Shown here in pieces: positions 56,675 to 64,000 of a stretch of DNA of 64,000 nucleotides (position 1 is the first letter of the stretch; each line of letters starts with the position of its first letter). The DNA is from Bacteroidales bacterium (GTDB lineage Bacteria; Bacteroidota; Bacteroidia; Bacteroidales; UBA7960). The translations under genes and the position numbers were made by a program. The stretch spans positions 1,408-65,407 of the forward strand of contig SLKR01000065.1 of NCBI GenBank assembly GCA_007134525.1, read 5' to 3'. The notes beneath the pieces were generated by a model. The model had not been told where the DNA came from. It worked only from the letters and a program-made list of their open reading frames with translations, and ran no database searches.

Positions 56675-57730
56675 ATGTCAGGAAAAGTACTGGTTACAGG
56701 CGGGACCGGGTACATCGGATCACACACCGTTGTTGAGCTTCAGAAAAGCGGCTTTGAAACTATTATCATCGACAATCTATCAAATTCCGACATAAGGGTT
56801 GTTGATCTGATAACCCGTATCAGCGGCAAAAGGCCGGCCTTTGAAATGGCCGACCTGTGCGATATTGAAGCAGTAAAGAGGATTTTTGATACTTATGGCG
56901 ACATTGAAGGGGTGATACATTTCGCCGCATTCAAGGCCGTTGGTGAATCTGTCGAACAGCCATTCAGGTATTACCAAAATAACCTTACCGGGCTTATAAA
57001 TCTTATGCAGTGCATGCTGGAACAGAGCAAGGCTAATATGGTCTTTTCCTCATCATGCACAGTTTATGGACAGCCCGACCAGCTGCCCGTTACCGAAAAG
57101 GCAACCGTAAAAAAGGCGGAATCGCCCTATGGCAACACAAAGCAGATATCCGAAGAAATTATCGGTGACACTGCAGGAAAATCGCATATGAGAGCAATAT
57201 CACTGCGCTACTTCAATCCGATCGGAGCGCACGAAAGCGGGCTGCTGGGTGAACTCCCCACAGGGGTTCCCGACAACCTCGTGCCCTACATTACACAAAC
57301 CGCTATAGGCAAACGTGCAAAACTCACCGTATTCGGCAATGACTACAACACCCCCGACGGCACCTGCATACGCGACTATATTCATGTAAGCGACCTGGCC
57401 GCCGCCCATGTTGTTGCCCTCCAAAGGCTCCTCGAAGGAGAAAACGAGAAAAAGCATGAGATTTTCAACCTCGGGACCGGGAAGGGTTATTCAGTGCTGG
57501 AGGCAATCAGGGCCTTTGAAAAAGCAAGCGGAGTTGTTTTTAACTGGGAGTTCAGCGGCAGGAGGCCGGGTGACGTTGAAAAAGTGTGGGCAGATACTAC
57601 ACTGGCAAATCTGAAGCTTGGCTGGAAGGCCCAAAAAGGGCTTGAGGAGATGATGAGCACCGCCTGGCAATGGGAAAAGAACATGGATGCGGGCATACTT
57701 GGCAATGAAAACAATAAACCGGATATGTGA
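56675..57730 (+). CDS. galE: UDP-glucose 4-epimerase
   Basis: GGTGYIGSH and YGNTK (YxxxK) motifs; 351 aa. Confidence 0.9.
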   Translation: MSGKVLVTGGTGYIGSHTVVELQKSGFETIIIDNLSNSDIRVVDLITRISGKRPAFEMADLCDIEAVKRIFDTYGDIEGVIHFAAFKAVGESVEQPFRYYQNNLTGLINLMQCMLEQSKANMVFSSSCTVYGQPDQLPVTEKATVKKAESPYGNTKQISEEIIGDTAGKSHMRAISLRYFNPIGAHESGLLGELPTGVPDNLVPYITQTAIGKRAKLTVFGNDYNTPDGTCIRDYIHVSDLAAAHVVALQRLLEGENEKKHEIFNLGTGKGYSVLEAIRAFEKASGVVFNWEFSGRRPGDVEKVWADTTLANLKLGWKAQKGLEEMMSTAWQWEKNMDAGILGNENNKPDM

Positions 57731-58782
57731 TGAAGAACATACTGATAACAGGAGGAGCCGGCTTTATCGGCTCGCACCTTGTAAGGCTTTTGGTAAGAAA
57801 ATACCCTGATTCACTTATAGTCAACCTCGACAAGCTTACCTATGCAGGCAACCTGCTTAACCTTGCCGATATTGAAAAAAGTCCGAACTACCGCTTCGTA
57901 AAGGGCGACATAGTTGACGAAAAGCTTGTTTTCTCACTTTTCAAGGAGTATGATATCGATACTGTTGTTCATCTGGCTGCTGAATCTCATGTTGACCGTT
58001 CAATTGCAAACCCTATGGAGTTTGTACACACAAATGTAACAGGTACGGTAAACCTGCTCAACGCTGCCAGGCACCAGTGGAAGAACGGATCAGAAAGCAA
58101 CAGGTTCTACCATATAAGTACAGATGAGGTATATGGCTCCCTTGGTGAAACAGGTCTCTTTACCGAAAAAACCCCCTATGATCCAAGGAGCCCTTACTCT
58201 GCATCCAAGGCATCCAGCGACCATTTCGTCCGCGCCTACTTCCACACATACGGCATGCCTGTTATATTGTCAAACTGCTCAAATAATTACGGACCCAACC
58301 AGTTTCCCGAAAAACTAATACCCCTTTTCATCAACAACATAATAAACAAAAAACCCCTGCCTGTTTACGGCAAGGGAGAAAATGTAAGGGACTGGCTTTA
58401 TGTGATCGACCACGCCAGGGCCATAGACACTATTCTCACAAAAGGCCGCTCAGGCGAAACCTATAACATTGGCGGCCACAACGAATGGAAGAATATTGAC
58501 CTGATACGCCTGTTATGCAGCATAATGGATAAAAAGCTTGGCAGGCCGGTGGGTACTTCGGAGTCGTTGATAAGTTTTGTTAAAGACAGGGCAGGACACG
58601 ACATGAGGTATGCCATAGATGCCGGGAAGGTAAAAATGGAACTTGGATGGGAGCCCTCTGTTAGCTTTGAGCAGGGGCTGGAAAAGACAGTCGACTGGTA
58701 TCTGTCCAACGAGGAGTGGTTAAGGCAGGTTACCTCCGGCAACTACCTTGATTACTACCGCGAACAGTACGAAGAACGTTAA
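57730..58782 (+). CDS. rfbB: dTDP-glucose 4,6-dehydratase
   Basis: GGAGFIGSH, STDEVYG and YSASKASSDH motifs. The ATG at 57730 shares 1 nt with the galE TGA. Confidence 0.95.
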   Translation: MKNILITGGAGFIGSHLVRLLVRKYPDSLIVNLDKLTYAGNLLNLADIEKSPNYRFVKGDIVDEKLVFSLFKEYDIDTVVHLAAESHVDRSIANPMEFVHTNVTGTVNLLNAARHQWKNGSESNRFYHISTDEVYGSLGETGLFTEKTPYDPRSPYSASKASSDHFVRAYFHTYGMPVILSNCSNNYGPNQFPEKLIPLFINNIINKKPLPVYGKGENVRDWLYVIDHARAIDTILTKGRSGETYNIGGHNEWKNIDLIRLLCSIMDKKLGRPVGTSESLISFVKDRAGHDMRYAIDAGKVKMELGWEPSVSFEQGLEKTVDWYLSNEEWLRQVTSGNYLDYYREQYEER

Positions 58783-58794
58783 AGAAGATCATCC

Positions 58795-59751
58795 CTATCC
58801 CCTTATAACCAGATAGACGACATAGGCAACATAGCAGGCAAGGAATAACACTCCATGCCAGCGCATCAGGGTATTTTTTCCCGACGACATCAGCATCAGC
58901 CAGAGCATAATGGTGGCTGCAAAACCAATTATGATATCGAAATTCATCAGATGGTTGAACGGAAGGGGTTTAATTACCGCACTGGTACCCAGCACAAAGA
59001 ATATATTGAAAATATTGGATCCCAGCACATTGCCAATAACTATATCGGCATTCCTCTTTATTGCCGCAGCAACACAGGTGGCAAGTTCGGGCAGGCTGGT
59101 GCCTATCGCAACAATTGTAAGGCTTATAAGCGCCTCGCTCATACCCAGGGTATAGGCAATCTCAACTGCTCCCTGCACTATCCAGCGCCCCCCTGCTATT
59201 AGTGCCACCATACCGGAGGCAACCATTGCAACCGAAACCCATACAGGGTACTGCCTGATAGCTGAAATATCGCTGGTATTCCTGTTTTTGGATATCCCAT
59301 AGGCATAGACCATAAAGAGAATGAAAAACAGAACCAGTATTATCCCGTCGCTCCTGTAGATCATAGAGCGGCTGATCCCGTCAAGCAAAATATCATTTGC
59401 CAGAACACCGATTACCAGAGCACCCAGAAGGGCAAAGGGGACCTCCTTCCAAAGGGTGTTACGGTTTACCATCAGCGGGAATATCATCGCTGATATCCCA
59501 AGTATCAGGAAAATATTGGATATATTGCTTCCGAGAACATTTCCCAGTGCCACATCAGCAGTCCCCCTGAAGCTGGCAATCAGGTTAACTACAAGCTCCG
59601 GTGCAGAAGTCCCCAGTGCCACAATTGTCATCCCAATTACGACATGCGATATGCCGTAGCGCTGGGCGATCGATGAAGCCCCGTTTACCAGCCAGTTTGC
59701 ACCATACACCAGCAGTACGAAACCGGCTAAGAATAGAACATATGTAATCAT
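58795..59751 (-). CDS. Ca2+/Na+ antiporter (CaCA family, YrbG-like)
   Basis: Two alpha-repeat motifs (GTSAPELVV and GTSLPELAT); 318 aa. Confidence 0.85.
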   Translation of the reverse strand: MITYVLFLAGFVLLVYGANWLVNGASSIAQRYGISHVVIGMTIVALGTSAPELVVNLIASFRGTADVALGNVLGSNISNIFLILGISAMIFPLMVNRNTLWKEVPFALLGALVIGVLANDILLDGISRSMIYRSDGIILVLFFILFMVYAYGISKNRNTSDISAIRQYPVWVSVAMVASGMVALIAGGRWIVQGAVEIAYTLGMSEALISLTIVAIGTSLPELATCVAAAIKRNADIVIGNVLGSNIFNIFFVLGTSAVIKPLPFNHLMNFDIIIGFAATIMLWLMLMSSGKNTLMRWHGVLFLACYVAYVVYLVIRG

Positions 59752-59792
59752 ATACAGCCAATTGCCAAAAGCTCCCGGGAAGCAGTCAGTGT

Positions 59793-60686
59793 TCAGACAG
59801 CGGCACTTACTGCCTCAATATCACGGTTAAGTTTTTTTACCAGACCCTGCAAAACCTTGCCAGGTCCAACTTCCACGAAACTGCCGGCACCGTCGGCGAT
59901 CATATTCTCCATTATCTGCGTCCATCTTACCGGTGAGGTAAGCTGGGCTATAAGGTTTTTTCGTATCTGCTCCGGATCGGTTGCAGGATTTGCATCAACA
60001 TTCTGGTAAACCGGGCATACGGGAGAATTCATCGACGATTCATTTATTGCATCTGCAAGTTCCAGCCTTGCAGGCTCCATCAGGGGTGAATGAAAGGCTC
60101 CTCCAACCTTCAGGGGCATAGCACGCTTTGCACCAGCATCCTTTAGTTTCTCGCATGCAATGTCAATACCCTGTTCGCTTCCGGATATCACAACCTGCCC
60201 CGGGCTGTTGTAATTTGCCGGAACAACCACCTCATATATACCTCCAAGTACTGCTTCCACTACATCATCCTCCAGACCAATTATCGCCGCCATGGTAGAA
60301 GGCTCCTTTTCACAGGCCTTCTGCATTGCCCGGGCACGTTTTGAAACCAGCACAAGCCCGTCCTCGAATGTAAGTGCCCTGGCAGCCACCAGTGCAGAGA
60401 ACTCTCCCAGAGAATGACCTGCAACCATGTCGGGCCTGAACCCATCTCCCATGCTGTTTGCCAGAATAACCGAGTGCAGGAAAATAGCCGGCTGGGTTAC
60501 CTTTGTCTGCCTGAGGTCCTCGTCGCTGCCCGAGAACATCAGATCGGTTATGCGGAACCCGAGTATCTCATTGGCCTTTTCAAACATATCCCTGGCCTCA
60601 GGATAATTATCGTAAAGATCCTTTCCCATACCAACAAACTGCGCCCCCTGTCCGGGAAATACATATGCCTTCTTCATAGATGTCAT
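59793..60686 (-). CDS. fabD: ACP S-malonyltransferase
   Basis: FPGQGAQ and GHSLGEFSA motifs. An alternative ATG lies at 60677. Confidence 0.95.
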   Translation of the reverse strand: MTSMKKAYVFPGQGAQFVGMGKDLYDNYPEARDMFEKANEILGFRITDLMFSGSDEDLRQTKVTQPAIFLHSVILANSMGDGFRPDMVAGHSLGEFSALVAARALTFEDGLVLVSKRARAMQKACEKEPSTMAAIIGLEDDVVEAVLGGIYEVVVPANYNSPGQVVISGSEQGIDIACEKLKDAGAKRAMPLKVGGAFHSPLMEPARLELADAINESSMNSPVCPVYQNVDANPATDPEQIRKNLIAQLTSPVRWTQIMENMIADGAGSFVEVGPGKVLQGLVKKLNRDIEAVSAAV

Positions 60687-60713
60687 AGATTTTTATTATA
60701 AAATGGCAAAAAG

Positions 60714-60721
60714 CAAAGGTA
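60714..60721 (-). promoter_or_regulatory. Candidate -7 promoter box (TACCTTTG) for fabD
   Basis: TAnnTTTG match on the minus strand, 28-37 nt upstream of the candidate fabD starts. Confidence 0.4.
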
Positions 60722-60748
60722 TATATTTTATCTATTTAAAGCCACCGG

Positions 60749-62173
60749 CTAGAGCAGGCCTGTTACCGCAGTAAGAAAGTAAAGGTATGCAAAGGCCAGG
60801 GTAAGACCGACAAGACCAATAATGGCACCCACCCTCATCATATCAGCTGAGCGCACCAGCCTTGAACCATACGAAAGTGCATTCGGGGGGGTGCTTATCG
60901 GCATGGCCATACCAAGGGAGCAGGCAAAGGTAGTAACCAGTATAATAAAACGTATGCCTCCTACCTCTACCAGCTGCGGCATACTGGCCCCAAGGGCAAT
61001 CATTATAGGCAGGAACAGGTTGGCAGTTGCCGTATTTGAAATAAAGTTAGAAAGTACGAGCGGTATCACCGCTGCTACCGCAACAACCACAAGAGGGGCG
61101 TAATCCTCCAGCGGAACAGCCTCTATGATGGTCTGAGACAAGCCTGTTCGGTCAATCGCAAGCCCCAGTGCCTGCCCCCCGGCAATGAGCCATAGGATGT
61201 CCCATCTCATTTTTCTCAGCTCATTCTTGTCTATTACTGAAGTGACTGAAAAAACGGCTACGGGTATCATTGCAACAATGTACGCGTTCATCCCGTGAAC
61301 AAAGTCCAGCAGCCAAAGGATAACAGTAAGGGGGAAGGTAACATACACAATAATCGCCTCTTTGCTCCTACGGAACCTGACCCTGGTCTTAAGCTCAACC
61401 ACCTCCTCACGGTGTACTGGATACATTTTCTGCAGCAAAAACCACAAAAATGCCAGCATAACTGCCACAAAGGGCAGGGCAAACAGCATCCACTGGCCGT
61501 AACCTATTGCATCGTCTCCCTCAAGGAAACCGATGCCTATCGCATTGGGGGGCGTTCCAATAATTGTTCCGATACCGCCAATGTTTGCAGAGAAGGCAAG
61601 GGCAAGCCCGAACGCTACCACATTCTCCCTCTTTTTCCTGAAGGTAGAAACTACAGGCATCAGTATAGTGATCATCATGGCAGCTGTTGCCGTATTGCTC
61701 ATAAACATCGAGAACACCGCAGTGATGATCATTATTCCAAGCATTACAAAGCGTGGCTGTGTACCAAAAGGGCGTAACAGGTAGTTTGCCAGGTTGACAT
61801 CAAGTTCAATTTTATTAACTGCCCTGGCCAGAAAAAACCCTCCCAGAAACAGCATTATTATGGGTGAACCGAAAACACCCATTATCTCCTCATATGCAAT
61901 AGTCTCTCCAAGGGGTATTTCTCCCCTGGGAGTGTCAGGCAGTATATTGTGATCTGACACCAGCAGCAGCAAAAGGACTATCACAAGTATGGAAGTGGCG
62001 TATATGGGTACAGGTTCAAGTATCCAGAACAATACTGCGAGCGCAAAAACCAGCACAAGGCGGTATTCAACAAGGCTGAGCCCCCCTGAGGATATCCATT
62101 CAATGGGTATAATGGCAAGTATAACGGGGATACCCGTTGCAAAAAGAAGTTTCAGTAATCTACCTCTAGGCAT
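60749..62173 (-). CDS. DASS/SLC13-family anion:Na+ symporter
   Basis: 474-aa polytopic protein with duplicated SNTA(T/A)A hairpin motifs (SNTATAAM, SNTATANL). Confidence 0.8.
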   Translation of the reverse strand: MPRGRLLKLLFATGIPVILAIIPIEWISSGGLSLVEYRLVLVFALAVLFWILEPVPIYATSILVIVLLLLLVSDHNILPDTPRGEIPLGETIAYEEIMGVFGSPIIMLFLGGFFLARAVNKIELDVNLANYLLRPFGTQPRFVMLGIMIITAVFSMFMSNTATAAMMITILMPVVSTFRKKRENVVAFGLALAFSANIGGIGTIIGTPPNAIGIGFLEGDDAIGYGQWMLFALPFVAVMLAFLWFLLQKMYPVHREEVVELKTRVRFRRSKEAIIVYVTFPLTVILWLLDFVHGMNAYIVAMIPVAVFSVTSVIDKNELRKMRWDILWLIAGGQALGLAIDRTGLSQTIIEAVPLEDYAPLVVVAVAAVIPLVLSNFISNTATANLFLPIMIALGASMPQLVEVGGIRFIILVTTFACSLGMAMPISTPPNALSYGSRLVRSADMMRVGAIIGLVGLTLAFAYLYFLTAVTGLL

Positions 62174-62203
62174 ATTAGGTGTTGTTATCCCGGCCCGTGC
62201 CCT

Positions 62204-62211
62204 GCAAATCT
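62204..62211 (-). promoter_or_regulatory. Candidate -7 promoter box (TAGATTTG) for the DASS transporter gene
   Basis: TAnnTTTG match on the minus strand, 31 nt upstream of the ATG at 62173. Confidence 0.4.
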
Positions 62212-62326
62212 AACAAATTATGAGAACACAAAACGCAGAAGGATAGTTCTTGTTCAGGGGTAGTTTTGGGTAAGGGTAATACACGGTGAAAAGACTGCGG
62301 AAAATCGGTTTTCAGTGCCTGTTGCC

Positions 62327-63144
62327 TTAATCATCCCCGGCTGAATAGGTCCAGCTGCGGTACCTTTCACCGCTCCAGGTAAAGACCGATATGCTCAGGG
62401 AGTCTCCATGGTTGATGCCATAATATCTTACAAGGTCCTCAAGATCCGGAAGGTCTCCCCGGTAGTCAAAGATGAAAGGCTCAATAAAATAGTAACCATG
62501 GAGTTTTGGAGTTTCTCTCTCTCCGCTTTCAAGTATTTTGAAGTAGGTATATTCACCCGGAAGGAACTCTCCGGGCTGTGCGCCCATGGAGCTGAGCTCA
62601 TCTAAAAATGACTGCACAAAGTGCCAGGAGCTTTCCCTGTGGTAACCAACGTGCCCCCATATAGCGTTATCCGGGACCCTGTTGAGCTGAACATAGGGAA
62701 AGACAAACCTGCCGGTTACATTGAAGTCCAGCCTGTAATGGTCAGGGCTCACGATAAGTTTGCCGGCATTGATGCTTCCAGGAGCAAACAAAAGCAGGTT
62801 GTAGCTGCCTTCGGCCAGGGAGCCAAGGTCTATATCGGCCGTGGCAGGTCCCATTGCCGTGAAGCAGATTTCTGGCACGTAGATACCCTTAAACTCAACA
62901 TCTATCCTTGCGGGAGTGGAGCTAACACTGTAATGTACCAGTTACTGCATGGAAATATCTCAAGGGTCTCACAACGCAGGAAAAGCCTCCCTGGATCACT
63001 GTGAATGCTTTCCCGCATCCTGACCTCTATCTTCCCAAGCTCATGATCCTCGCTTATGGCTTCCTCCTTGTTGCAGGACGACAATACGATGATAATCAGA
63101 AAAGTTAAAACAACCCTTATCTGTATATACTCTTGCAGGAACAT
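62327..63144 (-). pseudogene. Lipoprotein gene of unknown family, split by a 1-nt frameshift
   Basis: The 5' ORF (63144-62902) has a lipoprotein signal (IIIVLSSC). The 3' reading frame is open from 62941 to 62327 and has only a GTG start and no signal peptide. The two frames overlap in 62905-62941. Confidence 0.45.
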
Positions 63145-63178
63145 AGTCCTATAGTTTTATCCTGTTCAGCCCTTCAGT

Positions 63179-64000
63179 TCAAGGCCTGCTCACAGAACCT
63201 ATAAAGAGCAGGGTGTTGGTGGTGCGCTCCCTGATGGCAAAGACAAATGGCTGATCTATATGGAACCTCGGGGGGCTGTCAGGATCAACACTTGTAGCTT
63301 CAATGCCGATGGTGGTAACGGCAGCAGCTTCAGTTCCCTCCTCACCTACCTCGACAAAGGTGTTCTGCTTTACAAATGACACAAATATATCCCAGTCGGA
63401 TATTCCGGACAGGTCGGCTAAATATGGCTCGAACGCATCGACCATTCCAAGGCTTTTCAGCTGGTTGTTAAGGTAGGTGTCATACTCAAAACCGAACCTG
63501 GGCATCATAACACTGGTCTCGGTGAACTCCTCATCCACATCAAGGCCTTTTGTTACACTTCGCCAGACATCAGGCGTGAATTCATTGTAAAATTCTTTTA
63601 AAGAACCGTCTGGTACAATAACCACCATCGAGAAGTTCGTGCGGCCATAGGGAAGCTCAACGGCCCTGAGGCCCTCACCATAGTAGCGCCTGGTATTTAC
63701 GTTGCCTGTCATGGTGGGAACATCTATGTGGCTGCCCTCATCAAGGTAAAATGGTGCCTCCTGCGTAAGCTCCTTGTCAAACTGGTATGTCCAGTCACCC
63801 TTGAAATAGAGGGCATTCATCAAAAACATGACCATATCAGCCGATATATCATTTATCACCTCGGGGATCTTTCCATTTGTATTGTCGCTTGCCCAGCTGT
63901 TTATTACTTCTATGGCCGGGGGCAGGGAAAAATCAAGCGCCTCAATATGTGCATCGAAATCCTCATCCATTGACTCAATGAAAGGGGGCTTTACCTGAAA
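63179..64000 (-). CDS. Serpin (serine protease inhibitor), N-terminus outside the window
   Basis: The frame is open to the window edge. Inhibitory hinge EEGTEAAAVT and C-terminal PFVFAIRERTTNTLLFIGSVSRP are typical of serpins. Confidence 0.85.
   Translation of the reverse strand, partial: FQVKPPFIESMDEDFDAHIEALDFSLPPAIEVINSWASDNTNGKIPEVINDISADMVMFLMNALYFKGDWTYQFDKELTQEAPFYLDEGSHIDVPTMTGNVNTRRYYGEGLRAVELPYGRTNFSMVVIVPDGSLKEFYNEFTPDVWRSVTKGLDVDEEFTETSVMMPRFGFEYDTYLNNQLKSLGMVDAFEPYLADLSGISDWDIFVSFVKQNTFVEVGEEGTEAAAVTTIGIEATSVDPDSPPRFHIDQPFVFAIRERTTNTLLFIGSVSRP

Overview
This window reads as a core-chromosome segment of a Bacteroidota genome, about 90% coding. The taxonomic call rests on three things: T9SS-associated genes, a nadK / DUF6089-like / uppS / bamA / ompH block, and TAnnTTTG -7 promoter boxes in most intergenic gaps with no Shine-Dalgarno signal.

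Main blocks:
- Nt 1336-12890: a 13-gene, same-strand array of nqrABCDEF, a CDF transporter, apbE and an Mla-like lipid ABC system.
- Nt 13027-20225: housekeeping genes (aspartate aminotransferase, pdxH, heptose kinase, cobB-trmH, an orphan thiS).
- Nt 20305-25259: a TetR / MMPL / LolA-like / beta-barrel cassette.
- Nt 25327-28615: a rhodanese and split-YeeE sulfur-transport cluster.
- Nt 29480-34030: sucAB and a gamma-carbonic-anhydrase-like gene.
- Nt 34859-35056: tRNA-Gly(GCC) and tRNA-Leu(TAA).
- Nt 36332-45114: mrdA-rodA, nadK, uppS, bamA, skp.
- Nt 45130-51688: mutS, a phosphofructokinase with PPi-type residues, Fe-ADH, msrA.
- Nt 52154-58782: waaA and a nucleotide-sugar block (WbpE/WbpD/WbpA-like, galE, rfbB).
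- Nt 58795-64000: a CaCA antiporter, fabD, a DASS transporter, a frameshifted lipoprotein gene and a serpin truncated by the window edge.

I found no CRISPR array, integrase, transposase, phage module or recognisable defence hallmark, so I cannot point to a clearly novel system. The best candidates for a second look:
- the MMPL / LolA-like / barrel cassette and its palindromic operator;
- the rhodanese / YeeE cluster, where two rhodanese domains lack the catalytic Cys;
- a 68-aa protein with one TM helix and four Cys that resembles NqrM;
- the orphan ThiS coupled to an unknown membrane protein;
- a Cys-rich tail on SucA;
- the serpin plus frameshifted lipoprotein pair.

All family assignments come from motif recognition by eye; no database search was run.
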